DNA of 64,000 nt from Octopus sinensis (Eukaryota): NCBI RefSeq assembly GCF_006345805.1, contig NC_043008.1, forward strand, positions 7,130,001-7,194,000, read 5' to 3'. Of the stretch, positions 13,875 to 27,027 are shown piece by piece; position 1 is the first letter of the stretch, and each line of letters opens with the position of its first letter. Under the pieces are notes generated by a model. That model saw only the letters and a program-made list of their open reading frames with translations. It made no database searches and was not told the origin of the DNA. A program made the translations under genes and the position numbers.

Positions 13875-13995
13875 GGGCACGTGGCCTAGTGGTTAGGGTG
13901 CTGTATTTGCGATTGCAGGAGTGTGGTATCCCCTGGACCGAGTGGTGCTTTATTTTCTTGAGCGATGCATTCCGTCTCACATAATCTCTCGGCCG
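13875..13995 (+). mobile_element. tRNA/CORE-type SINE head, degenerate
   Basis: A box TGGCCTAGTGG; decayed TTCTTGAGC block. Confidence 0.6.
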
Positions 13996-14019
13996 AATGA
14001 GCGAGTCAGTTACTGCTCT

Positions 14020-14197
14020 GCTATAATCCATATAATAGGCTTCCACGCATTTTCCATGTACAGATGTTGAAGCATAAAGCCCGGGTGGACCAGAAGTTAT
14101 GGAAAGATATTTGTCTCAATGCGTTACACCTTATGATCGAACCCAGAACCTTATCACTGCGAAGCGAACATCTTAAAAACTCGACCACGTCTGCGTC
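14020..14197 (-). mobile_element. Degenerate tRNA-SINE head
   Basis: Reverse complement has a GGTTCGATC B box and a TGGTCGAG A-box-like start. Confidence 0.5.
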
Positions 14198-14220
14198 AAT
14201 ACTTATCCACAGTTAGCTAT

Positions 14221-14271
<51 letters not shown>

Positions 14272-14367
14272 AACAAACACACACACACATACAGTGATAC
14301 ACATATATACGTGCAAAAGCATAGGTCAACGTAAGTACACCTACAAAAGGACACACAGACGCAACAC

Positions 14368-14585
14368 ACACTCACACACGCAAACACTCACGCACAAACA
14401 CGCAGACAACACACACTCACACACGCAAACACTCACTCACACACACACCCGCACATACACACTCAAACACTCACACACGCAAACACTCACGCACAAACAC
14501 GCAGACAACACACACTCACACACGCAAACACTCACTCACACACACACCCGCACATACACACTCAAACACTCACACACGCAAACAT
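14368..14585. repeat. About 99-bp tandem duplication built from CA-rich sequence
   Basis: Unit repeats about 2.2 times (33-codon periodicity in ORF 14294-14602). Confidence 0.85.
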
Positions 14586-14959
14586 ACACACAAATGAAAT
14601 GACATAAACGTCCTCTGAAGAAATTGTTTACATAAAGTACAAATCATAAAACTGTTTCTAGACAGAAAGAATTCATTCATAATTCACGGCCAATCCTGGC
14701 GAGGTGGAGTCACTTCGTCAGTCTTTGCAGAATCAATGAAGGCTTGCTGCTTAGATTAGTCATCAGGTAAACAAACAACTAACTTTTTCTAAGCTAGACA
14801 CTAAAGTTACTGTTAACGTTTAATAACAGATTAAAGGTTCTTCGCAGGAAGCACGCGACGGATCGCTGTCGGGGTTATGCGTGGTCAGGCGAACTCAAAA
14901 TCTTGGCTCTTTTGTTAACTCCGAGTACAAAAAGCACAACATGTCTTTCATAATTTTCT

Positions 14960-15460
14960 CCTCTTGCCCTCCTCTTCCTGCTCTTCTTCATCTTCTTCTG
15001 TTATATTCTTTATCTCCTGCTCCTCCCTAGTATCCCTTCCTCCTTTCATTCTCCTTCCCCCTCTCTATCTCCTCCTCTCCCTCGTTATCTCCTCCTCCTT
15101 CCCCTCTCCATCTCCTACTATCCCTCTATTTACTCCTCCCCTATCTATCTCCTTCCCTTTCTATCTCCTCCTCCCCATCTCTATCTCCTCCTACTTCTCT
15201 CTATTTACTCTCCACTACATATCTCCTCCACCTCTATCTCCTCACCCTCTCTATTTACTCCTTCCTCACCGCATCTCTTCCTCCTATCTATATTCTCCTC
15301 CTCTCTATCTCCTCTTCTTCCTCCCTCTCTCCTCCTCCAATTCTCTATCTCCTTTTCCTCTCATCTTTCTTCTCCTCCCGGCCTCCACCTTTGTTTCTCC
15401 TGCTCCTGTCCAGTGTCTCCTCCTCCTTCTCTCCGCAGCCTCTTCCACCACCTTCTTACA
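14960..15460 (+). repeat. Polypyrimidine (CTC/CTAT) low-complexity tract
   Basis: Directly visible. Confidence 0.85.
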
Positions 15461-16380
15461 TTCACGCCATTCATCCTGAGAATCACTTCAACATTTACAC
15501 GTTATTCAATCGCTTGCTTCATGCCGAAACGGGTAGAATTGAAGCTGTTTCTCCTTATGAAAGATACAACACTACCGAAATGGAAAATAGGCGAAATATT
15601 CGTCGATTCTGCAGGTCGAAAATTTGGCGTAGAACAAAAAGATACGACGTTTATAGCAATTTTGTGATGTCTCCAGATACGACATTTAAATCTACAACCA
15701 CGTCTCAAACGTGATTGTTGGTCAATAAGGAAAGCAGAACTTCAAATGTATACTAAAAATTGTTCCACAGACCGAGCATAGCAGTGAGTCAGAAATTTAG
15801 GGGTCTCTCTATTTGGAAGTGCTTTTCACAGAACGCCAATTAGCAAACATATTACACCAAAGGTAAATATGTTTGATACATATCGAAATTTGGTGACGTT
15901 AGTTCAATCATTTATAGTTAGTCATTTAAACTTAACTCTTAACTTCAAAATCACACTATGGCTGATTCAATCTAGTTGCGCGCCGCTCAAATGTTGATCC
16001 AAGTTTATTAACCATGGGTTGAACGGTTGATCGTGTTACTGATAATGGTTAGTAGTCGGTAATCTATATAATTAAGCAAACTTAGATAAAAGGCGTTATT
16101 ATTGTGGCCATCACGCCTTTTTAAAGATGCAAATGTGCAATTGGAGGAAGAGTTGGCTACTGTGATTAAAAGTGTTCTGACCATGACCATTCTGTCGGAC
16201 TGCTTAAATTATCGAATGTATCTTCTTTTTTTTGGGGGGGGGGAAACGGTAGAAAATAGCTGAGGCAATTTTAGTTGCTTCATATGTCCAACTTGTTCGA
16301 GTAATTTATTCTTGGAATTTAACGCAAATTTTCACTGATCGAGAACGAAATGAGGAAATGGCGTTTCACGCATCATTAAA

Positions 16381-16492
<112 letters not shown>

Positions 16493-16519
16493 GTCCAGCT
16501 TCAATAGGTGGCACTATTA

Positions 16520-16754
16520 GGTTCCAGAACTCAATGGTGTTTTCAAGTAGCTAAAGTGAGTTGATGAAACGCCAGTTCTGTCAACTGGCTGCAAACCTCT
16601 AACTTAGATTGCTTGACCGTAGACTGACCGTTGGCTAAAGAGGCTCTCCCGCCCAGACTATGTCGTTTAGCCTTGCCGAATGCAGACCAATACTGCTTCC
16701 CGTGATTACGATCGTAAGCTGAATACACTAACCAATAAGCCACGTGCCTTCACT
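16520..16754 (-). mobile_element. tRNA-SINE: head of the CORE group with an internal deletion and a distinct tail
   Basis: Head GAAGGCACGTGGCTTATTGGTTAG matches 29844 and 52943. Confidence 0.55.
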
Positions 16755-17539
16755 GTATACGTAGACACTTGCACGTATGTATTCATACATGTTCGTGCAT
16801 GTAAAGCTGAGGACTCATTATATTTGCTAATCAGATTCTCTCGCCTGTTTGCAATTGATCAGGTGATCTAACAGTGAATTACACCGTAACAACGGGAAAA
16901 TTCATACTCAGACATGATACTCTGAGTAGCGCGAAGAAATAGTTTTACATAAAATAATACATCCTGTTAGAAATATTGACGTTTCTTCTTGATGGCATTT
17001 TTAAACAGTCACACACCCTCGGATGTATATGAACATTCATACATGCATGCATGCGCAAATACATACCCACATATACAGATATTCTCACTCACTCACTCAC
17101 CCACCCACACACACTCTCTCTTTCTCTTACACACACACATACACACTCACAAGCGCACACACGCACAGACACATGTATGACATATTAAATTACGAAGATA
17201 AATTGCTGATGCGCTTCTGAGAATTTACGGAATTCACAAGTTGGCATTAAGATGTTGACGGAAAACAGATGAATTCGAAAACAAAGTTGTCGAAGAACTT
17301 CATTTCAGCTGCTGATTGCTTTGAAATTCTAGCGAGAAGAATTCTTATGAAGATGTTCTGACTGCGGAAGTTGCTCAAACATCCTCTCAGCCAACAAATC
17401 TCAATTCACAAGATATTTTTGTCGCAGCGGTCAGCCTCCGCCAAAACTCATTCGAAACTTATGCCTGAATATGAGTTTTAGGCTCAAAATATTGTGAGAG
17501 AAAAATAAATGTCATTTATTATAAAAGAGTGCTTGCATT

Positions 17540-17861
17540 TACATGACTTCTTTTATTCTTCTCTCTGGTCGTTTTCACCGGTTGTCCTACCTCAAAGGCT
17601 TCAAAACATCCCAAGTTAGCTATAAAATTTCATGTTGGTTCTTTGTTCCAACTTCCTGTCCATGACAAAATCGCAGACTACAGCATACACGTGATCACAT
17701 AAGCACAAATTTCTCAACTTGCGAAGTAATCACAGCAATGTCACTCACGGCACACCGCTTCATAAAGATCACTGCTAGCCCTCGCGGCACACACAACTGT
17801 GTGCTGCCATCAGTTGACGCACTACAGAACTAGTCCGGGAAGTTTTTAATACCACCTCGTA
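17540..17861 (-). mobile_element. Mariner 5' remnant (one TIR plus transposase start)
   Basis: TIR TACGAGGTGGTATTAAAAACTTCCCGGACT; ATG at 17663 gives MDRKLEQRTNMKF, the typical mariner N-terminus (EQR..KF). Confidence 0.75.
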
Positions 17862-19699
17862 TGTCTGTGAGTGTGTCTATGTATGCAAGTATAAATGTAT
17901 GTATACATATCACGTCTACGGACACATCGATTCACAAAAGTCTGCAGTACCAGAAATTTTATAGGAAATCGCCATGTTGGAAATAATCCCTGTAATGCCT
18001 TCAGTATCGTATTTCGATTAAATTTTACGGATTTTGAAAGACAATAATGCCGCTGCTTATGGCTGAGTTGGGTCGTATTTTATAGATATCATCTCTCCTC
18101 TTGTTTAGTTTCGTGTTTCAATTTTTGAATTCGATGCAATAAAGCTATGAATTACTTCTGATCTGCAGATCAGTTCTTTCCACAAATTATCTCTTGCTGT
18201 AGACAAGGATGCCTATATCAACAGCTGTTGGCTTTAGCTACGAAGAGATACAGTACAATGTATTATCCTTATTTAAAGTGATTACAAAGAGCTGATGAAG
18301 AGAACGTGTAAATGAATTGCGTTAGACTTTTAAAATTCGGATTTTACGGAAGTTCGATGTAAAAGAAATACATACGCCGAATGCAAACATTAAAATTCGC
18401 AACTTGCGGAGTGATAATATTTAAGACGATGTTTAGCATGAAATATTTTCTATATGTAGGCATTGACAGTCTGACAGGAGCGAATGGCCATCAAGTGAAA
18501 GTTAAATATGTTACGGCGATTTCTGATGCAAAAATCATTCTCGTAAATCAACGTTGTTTTGACGTGTTTCAAGTTTGTTTTATTTTGTTAAAAATTAAAA
18601 TGATTGGGCAAATTAAATTAAATTAAATTAATTATGCTCATGCTAAAACTGCTATTATTCTGAAGAAGGTGGCTAACACATCACCACAATAAGTACACAA
18701 TATTAAAGGAAGTAGGATTTAATGAAGGCCATAGCTGTTAAGCTTTCCTTTCCATTGAAAGAAATCAGTACCAAGAATTAAACGTTAAAAAACATCTAAT
18801 GTTTCTTCTGGGCGAAATATATTACTGGTGATATCAAAATTAAATTTCACTTATGTTTCATTCTGAAAATACTCTGAAAGCTACATTAAATTTAATCCAC
18901 TAGATTCAAAGAAAACAGTTTGGATGTCCCATATTAGTTTCAAACTATTTTTACCCTTCCGAAGAAAGATACAGTGCCAATTGTAATATTTCCAACAAAG
19001 CATTCCTCATCTGAAATTCTAAAGCAAACAAACATCCATTGAACTAAAGTGATCTTTCTAATACTGTGGTAATACAATATATTCCAAAGAGCACAACTTC
19101 TTTACCCTCGGCAATGGAAGAGTGTGTGATAATTATTTTCGGGGTAGAAGCTAAAGATGGCCGTTGAAACACATAAAAGCAACTGAAAGGGAGTTAAAAC
19201 CCGAAGTAGAGACTTTTGGAAAACGTTCAACATTCTGGATGCTGTGAATAACATAACCGAGTTATAGCATGAAATGTAAGACTCGGTTATGAATAGCGTT
19301 CAGAAAAAACAACATATGGCTGCGTATGTCGGTGACTTTCTATGTTTTCCATCATTAGAAAGTCTACATAAAAAAATAAAAACAGGAAGATATTGTAACT
19401 CTGGCAAGCAATATAGGGCTTGAAGTAGTCGGTGTTGTTGTGCTGAGTTGCTACACACTCATAAAGAACACTTTTATATATATATATATAAGGAATTGAT
19501 TTTTGTAGAAGAAGGGGTGTTTAATATGAAGTGGGTAGTTATAAAAACTCCATAAATTCCATTTCACTTGACAGCAAAGAAATGGGTAAAAATTGAGCAC
19601 ATATAGAATAAGGCCTGGATGTTTTTACTGATAACTATCATAATCGTGAACATGACAGAAATTGCAAGATTCCGTAATCCGCTCAGTTCCCTCACGAGT

Positions 19700-20037
19700 A
19701 AAAGGAAGAGAGCCCCTTCAGTGACGAATGACAATGGTATTGCACCTGGAAAGTTACCCACCGAGGCACATGTCCGGGAAAGGCTGTTTGTGGAACACCA
19801 ACAGTCGCCCATGCATTCTAGTTTCCACTCTCCACCGATGATGTCCAAGGGAGAGATAAAGGCCGAAACAACGTGGTACCAGTGACATTGCAACTCATAT
19901 CTGCAGCTGAGTAGAACTAGAACAACGTGAAATATAGTGTCTTGCTCAAAAACACAACACAGCCCTGTGCAAGTATCGAACTCTCAAACTCAAGATTGTA
20001 AGCCGTATGCCCTGACCATTGAGCCATGCACCCTCAC
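19700..20037 (-). mobile_element. tRNA/CORE SINE, tail type 2
   Basis: A/B boxes, then TGTGTTTTTGAGCAAGACACT..TTCACGTTG CORE-like block. Confidence 0.8.
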
Positions 20038-20240
20038 TTACGAATGATGATTCACTGATATGTCGTAGAACATTCCTTAAGATTTTACACTCCTAAATTA
20101 GACGCTAATTGATGTTAATCTACAGAGAAGAAAACACGGCTTCTCTTCATTCTGGCAATTAACATCAAATCCCATCCTTCATTACGCCATGTTTTGTTGT
20201 GATCACGTTTACTATTACGATACTGCAACATCTATATCTA

Positions 20241-20616
20241 CGCCCGAAATTTTGGGGAGAGGATTAAGTCGTTAGACCGAACCCATACGCAACTGGTACT
20301 TAATTTATCGACCCCTGAAAGACAAAAGGCTAAGTCGACCTCGGCGGAATTTGAACTCAGAACGTAAAGACAGATGAAATACCTATTTCTTTATTACCCA
20401 CAAGGGGCTAAACACAGAGGGGGCAAACAAGGACAGACATAGGTATTAAGTCGATTACATCGACCCCAGTGCGTAACTGGTACTTAATTTATCGACCCCG
20501 AAAGGATGAAAGGCAAAGTCGACCTCGGCGGAATTTGAACTCAGAACGTAAAGACAGACGAAATACCGCTAATCATTTCGCCTGGCGTGCTAACGTGTCT
20601 GCCAGCTCGTCACCTT
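20241..20616 (-). mobile_element. SINE A joined in tandem to a SINE B body
   Basis: Junction AAAGAAATA|GGTATTTC at about 20383. Confidence 0.9.
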
Positions 20617-20625
20617 TGTATATAG

Positions 20626-20990
20626 ATATTATATAAAATCCGGTCTGTCTGTCCGTGTGTGGGTCTTTTAGGATCTCGGACATCCTCCATCCGACTGCGC
20701 TCAAATTTGATATGTAGATACCGACGGTATCAGGGCGTGTATAAGTCTTGAAAGAATTACAAAAATCGATTCCAGGTGAGAATGCGATCGATGAAGGGAA
20801 TAAAATCGTTTTTCTTTGGAAGAGAAAAAAGTCTATCTTTATTTCTTCTTTTGCTGGTGTCTCAAATTAAGATTAAATCAGTGTTTCTCGATGGGACGGT
20901 CGGACAAGTTGTTTTGAGAAAATTTGGTTTAAATGTTTGACAACTCAGCACCGTCCACTGGACGGCGGGGGGGGGGGGGGCGTTTTGCCC
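20626..20990 (+). mobile_element. Non-autonomous Helitron-like 5' part (no 3' CTAG end seen)
   Basis: TATATAAAA, (CTGT)n and a CATCCGACTGCGCTCAAATTTG block parallel to 13294-13400. Confidence 0.55.
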
Positions 20991-21257
20991 GTATACATAT
21001 GTATATATATATATATATATATGATATAAGTAAGATGGAAATATAAATTGCAGTGAAGTAAGTTGTAAATATACATGCTGCTGCCTACAGTTAAAATGTG
21101 GAATCGCTTAGATATTGGTAAATATGATTGAAAAGATTGGTAATGCTCTTAGACATTCACAACGACTGCCTAATGAAGGAATTAGGCTAATGAATTTCTT
21201 TCATAACACATGTGCGCGTGAGTTTGTAAATGCGCGCATACACACACACACACATAA

Positions 21258-21288
<31 letters not shown>

Positions 21289-21389
21289 TGTATGTATGTA
21301 TGTATGTATCTATCTATCTATCTATTTACCTATCTACCTATATACCTATCTATCTATCTATTTACCTACCTATCTATTTACCTATCTAC

Positions 21390-21469
<80 letters not shown>

Positions 21470-21661
21470 ATATCTATCATCTATCTATCTATATAAGGAA
21501 AAATAAACCCCCAAATATGAGAATGTGTATATTCTTATCAATATTCAGCGGAAGCAACAGAGTGGCTCACGGGTCGAGAATTTCGTGCGTTGACACTTAG
21601 TAAAGTTTGATAAACGCCAACGGACGGAACTCTCGGCCCTCGAATCACTCTGGAATATATA

Positions 21662-22520
21662 TGCAAGGTTTGATCAATAATATCCGGACTGGTGCTTTAA
21701 AAACAAAATTACAGCACGTACCAATCCGGCATTTAATCTCCTTCAACGTAGACCCCTTCGGAAGTTACATACTTGAATCTCGCTCTGTTTCCATTGATGG
21801 GAGCACTCCTGGAATTCGTTTTCTGGGAAAATCAGTAGCTGCCTCATCGCATTCTCTTTGATTTCAACGTCGTCCTGAAATCTTCCTTTCATGCAGGATT
21901 CTGATTTTGTAAAGGGGAAAAAGTCGCAAGAGGCGAAATCTGGAGAAATACGGTGGCTGTCGGACATTAGCAATGCTGTGCACGGCCAAAACTGTTGCGT
22001 TTTCAGCTGAAATCAGTTTTCGCACATATTTTGCAAATCATGCGTCTCATACTCAAATCTTCAGTCATAATGAACTGAACTGAACCGTAACTAACCTGCT
22101 CATCCTCTAATAACCCATGGATGGTGATTCGATGATTTCCCCACACAGCTGCATGCACATCTGCGATGTTTTTCTCAGCTCTGCTGGTTGCGGGTCTCCC
22201 AGAACGTTCGTCACTATCAAAATTTATTCTACTCCATGCACTCCTCTCCATACACTTCCTGCAATCTTGCGGAGGCCTCTGAGCAGAAATCGCCAAGCGT
22301 TTGGCAAAAATTTGATGCCGATTCATGATCAGTGCGACGACCACACGCTACACACGTTCCTTCCAAGCACTCCTGTAAACAGTGTAGGTGAGCTAGAACG
22401 TTAAAACTTAGAGCATATGCACAGCATAGTTCAAGGTCAATCTGTACCAAATACCTTTACTCTGTGCGCTTTAGATTAGTTACTATGGCAACAGTCCGGT
22501 TACTTATTGATTACACCAGG

Positions 22521-22522
<2 letters not shown>
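21662..22522 (-). mobile_element. Internally deleted mariner (both TIRs; HTH region and C-terminus kept, catalytic middle lost)
   Basis: TIRs GATCAATAATATCCGGACTG / CAGTCCGGTTACTTATTGAT in TA context; peptides LQEVYGEECM, DERSGRPATS, SPDFASCDFF (YSPDLAPCDF motif). Confidence 0.92.
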
Positions 22523-22588
<66 letters not shown>

Positions 22589-22699
22589 CACACATAAATA
22601 TGGCAATGTACTCAGAAACTGTGAAACAGCAGCATTTTATTCACCACTAATGCAACGTTATCATTCCTAAGATCTATAGTAAGTTAGAAACTAAATACT

Positions 22700-23400
22700 G
22701 CAGAGATATTTATCAAAATTTCATTGTCTCCCTAAGGAACAGATAAAAATTTAACCACCAGTTTCCTTATGTAACGTCTTATTCCATATGCATCTTTAAT
22801 CTTCAATTCTTTAATCTTTAATTCTTCCAGAAAATGCTCCAGTCTTATTTATAATCCAACCGTATCTAATTATTAGGAAAGACATTATATCTCAGACCAG
22901 GGCAAGTAAAGCAATATGAAAATTAAAGTTATCAGTTTTATTATAAATATTAATCACAACCTGTTTATCCTTACAAATTATCTTAACATAGATTCTTCTC
23001 CCGAGTCCCCATGTCTAGTCGCAACGAGATGTATTTTCCCCAAATAACTAGTTAGGAATAACTGCAGCTGTCAAGTTATTTGACTAAATATGTCTAGTTC
23101 CTACGATATAAATAATTAAGAAAACTATATTCACATGAAGATAAACATATATCTGCTAATATAGGGCCACACTTACCGCCCATTGGAATGCCCTTGTTTT
23201 ACTTAAATATCATCTCTGTTTATATAATAAATGCTCTGTGAACGATAAAACTAACCATTTCTTTTAATCTGCTTCATCCAGACAAATGAAACCATTCTAC
23301 TTACACCTGGATTCAGAAAACTTCATTGTTTTTAATGAAAATATACTTATAACTTTTTCTAAAACACGGTATCAATAAATTTAAACATCCCTTATTCTAC
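22700..23400 (-). mobile_element. Degenerate Penelope-like reverse transcriptase (Naiad/Chlamys-type signature)
   Basis: Manual translation: EMVSFIV..IFK*NKGIPMGGKCGPILADICLSSCEY and VINIYNKTDNFNFHI; several stops. Confidence 0.75.
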
Positions 23401-23414
23401 CCGCTTCAGATATA

Positions 23415-23644
23415 TATTTCTTTACTACCCACAAGGGCCTAAATATAGAGGGGACAAACAAGGACAAACAAATGGATTAAATCGATTACATCGACCCCAG
23501 TGCGAAACTGGTACTTTATTTATCGACCCCGAAAGGATGAAAGGCAAAGTCTACCTCGGCGGAATTTGAACTCAGAACGTAAAGTCAGACGAAATACCGC
23601 TAAGCATTTCGCCCGGGGCGCTAACGTTTCTGTCAGCTCGCCGC
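23415..23644 (-). mobile_element. SINE A, full length
   Basis: Near-identical to 55017-55250. Confidence 0.92.
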
Positions 23645-24322
23645 TGGCCAGTACAGTATAGGTTAGAACAGTGTGTAGGTTGTAGAGCAACACAGAAGCT
23701 TAAGATATTACAGAATTAAACATAGGCGGTACTTGGATTATGACCTTCACCACTTCTTATTCCTACCAAAATGTGACGCTTACGTGTATATCAACAAGTT
23801 TAAATAAAATAGGAAAGACATGACAGGTGCTGTGTTATATCCTCTTTAAACCGATCCGAAGCTTTTAAATATTATATACTGTATGCTTTTCCTTGGGTGA
23901 TAGAGAGGGAGAAAGAAAAAGGGAGAGAGAAAGGCAGACCATTAATGTACGTTCCGCCCTCACAATAAAACAATTTCCGCTATAACATTGCGCACATGAA
24001 CTGGCTGCTAAATCGTTTCGTTCTTAATGAGAACCGGCGTTTAAGTTTTGTGGCTGTTATTTTATCGTAAACACTTTTTGCCGTCGGAAAATTTACGAAA
24101 CATATTTCTGTTGTCAAAACGTTTTGCTGTTATAAATTTTGCCGATGGTATTTTTGCCATAAACAATTTACAGTGAGAATTTTCATCTCCATGGCTTTCT
24201 CATATTATTTAAAATATGCAAAAATGAGAAAGGTATCTTGTCAGAACCTCCAGCTTAGTTTTTAACCTGCTCACTAGAAACTATTTTATTTACCAAAATT
24301 TGAAATAAACAAGAACAATAAT

Positions 24323-24700
24323 CGTGGCACTCCGTCGGTTGCGACGACGCGGGTTCCAGTTTATCCGATCAACGGAACAGTCTGCTCGTGAAATTAATGT
24401 GCAAGTAGCTGAGCACTCCACAGATGCGTATACACTTAACGTAGTTTTGGGTGAGATTCAGCGTGACATAGTGTGTGACAAGACTGGCCCTTTGAAATAC
24501 AGGTACAACAGAAACTGGAAGGAAGAGTGAGAGAAAGTTGTGATGAAAGAGTTCAGCAGGGTTCGTCCCTTGCTGCCGAGCCTCGTGGCACTTTAGGTGT
24601 TTTCGCTCAATAAACACTCACAACACCCGGTCTGGGAATTGAAACTGCGATCCTACGACTGCCAGTCCGCTGCCCTAACCACTAGGCCATTGCCCCACAG
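24323..24700 (-). mobile_element. tRNA-SINE with a non-CORE middle and tail type 1
   Basis: A box TGGCCTAGTGG; 3' half matches 40381-40560 and 53088-53198. Confidence 0.85.
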
Positions 24701-24869
24701 TAACAATATTCAACCCTCTGTGTTTACTCTTTAGTTAATTCACATCATTTTACGGTATTATGGTACAGTTTTGCACGAAAATGACAAACAAGGTACTTAG
24801 TTTGTAATACTCAATAAAGAATAACCATTGTCCTAATAAGGTACTTTTTGTAAACATTAAATAACATTT

Positions 24870-25035
24870 CACCCTACCTTATGTTCTGAGTTCAAATTCC
24901 ACCGAGGTCGACTTTCTTTTCATAATTTCGGTGTCGATATAATAAGTAGCAGTTGAATACTTGGGTCGATGTGATGTAATCTCCTATCTTCTTTCCAGGA
25001 AATTTCAGGCCTTGTCCCTAGAGCAGAAATAATTA
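24870..25035 (+). mobile_element. SINE B remnant
   Basis: GAGTTCAAATTCCACCGAGGTCGAC block. Confidence 0.75.
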
Positions 25036-25400
25036 TTTAATATGGCTTCCACCAATTTATGTTGTCAGTTCAGTTGGTTCTTCAAAGATTTGAATTGAAG
25101 GTTTTGAAAAAAATATACATGAGGGTTTATGTAACAGTGCATACATGATGTACTTGTAATATATATATATATATATAAGTATATAAATGAGATTTTTTCT
25201 TGAGAACACATTCTTCCTGGTAATGAAGATTTGACGTCTATGTTTAGCATATAGGGTCTCCACTTTAGTGGTCATTCTTCTTAATTTTGTATGTAACAAT
25301 TTTTAATCATCGGATTTTTTAAATATGCTAACCCACTGGTTTTAATTGATAAATATCAATTTCTACCCTTATTATTTAAGTTTATATATATATATATATG

Positions 25401-25431
<31 letters not shown>

Positions 25432-25433
25432 CT

Positions 25434-25667
25434 TATTTCTTAACTATCCACAAGGGGCTAAACACAGAGAAGACAAAAAAGGACAGACAGACGGATTAAG
25501 TCGATTACATCGACCCCAGTGTGTAACTGGTACTTAATTTATCGACCCCGAAAGGATGAAAGGCAAAGTCGACCTCGGCGGAATTTGAACTCAAAACGTA
25601 AGGGCAGACGAAATACGGCGACGCATTTCGCCCGGCGTGCTAACGTTTCTGCCAGCTTGCCGCCTTT
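25434..25667 (-). mobile_element. SINE A, full length
   Basis: Matches family consensus end to end. Confidence 0.92.
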
Positions 25668-26553
25668 ATTACTAACATATATATATATATACTAACATAT
25701 ATATGTATATACGTATGTGAACACTTGCTCGTATATAAGTACGTAATTATATATCGGTATAATTGTGGGTTTGCATATTATAATCCCACCTTAACCCCAG
25801 TTACTTTCCGTCTAACCCACACTCCCCTTATCAGTAATCGTAGCTGTATATCTTGAATCGATACCTTAAGGTATTGATTCTATCCATCAACTTTCCAAAA
25901 CTCAATTCACAATATCTGAGGTGTTGTCCCTATCCACCATCGCATCCGACCCTGTCTACCCTGCTACTTTAATCCGTCTTAGTAGCTATATAAGTAATAT
26001 ATAAGTAATTATGAGAAACAATATATCAGATTGCCTTCCTCTTCAACTTTTTGACTCTTCTTCTTCATCTCACCTCCTTCGCTTATCATTTTCTCGCAAC
26101 ATCCACTTTCTTAGCCATCGTTCTCCTTTACAAATCAACACTTTCACTTCAGAGATTTTCTCTCATTTCATCATTTTCACACGAAGAACAAATATTTTAT
26201 TTTGCATTCATCGGGACAAAATTTCCTATTCTTCTTAATTTTATATTTGCTCATGTACCCAACACAGACCCACATCAGTTTTCATAAAAAAATGAATCAA
26301 CAGGCAATTAGAAAAGTATTATTGATTATTGTAAGAAGTAAAAATGTGCGTAAAATATTTAAATTTTTCAAAAGTTAAAAGGTAAAAGTAAAACTGTATC
26401 GCTGTTCCTAACAATTCATTATTACTAAAATTAAAGTAAATTTTGATTTCGGTGACGTTGGCGATTAGGATAGCACATTAAGATAGCAATTAATTAGCGA
26501 ATGTTTTGTTTCTGAACATATTTGCATTATTATGAAATACACATTGAAATAAA

Positions 26554-26774
26554 GGCGTCGAGATGGCAGAATCGTTAGCATTCCGGGCAAATTGCTCCGC
26601 AGCATTCCGTCTGTCTTCACGTTTTTGAGGTCAAATTCAAGCAGGGTCGACCTTGCCTTTCATCCTTTCGGGGGTCGATAAAATATGTACCAGCTAAACA
26701 CTGGGGTCGAAGTAGTGGATTTACCCACTTACCAGAAATTGTTGACCTTGTGTCAAAATTTGAAACTGATATAT
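26554..26774 (+). mobile_element. SINE B with 11-bp TSD (ATTGAAATAAA)
   Basis: Direct repeats at 26543-26553 and 26775-26785. Confidence 0.85.
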
Positions 26775-26796
26775 ATTGAAATAAAATACTATTGAC

Positions 26797-26960
26797 AGGC
26801 AAAGACGTGGCTGTGCGGTAAGAAGTTTGCTTCTTAATCACGTTGTTCAGGGTTCACTACCACTGCGTGACACCTTGGGCAAGTGTCTCCTACTATAGCC
26901 TCGGGACCACCGAATCTTTGAAAGCAGATTTGGTAGACTGAAACTGAATGAAACCTGCCG

Positions 26961-27027
<67 letters not shown>

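Noticed and set aside
15868-15897. Resemblance to miR-190 (ATATGTTTGATA)
   Set aside because: Seed start and 3' half mismatch; no convincing precursor hairpin
17930-18630. Possible L1/Tx1 RT traces (FYGF*KTIMPLL, RQGCLYQQLL)
   Set aside because: Motifs too short and spacing too compressed to support without a profile search
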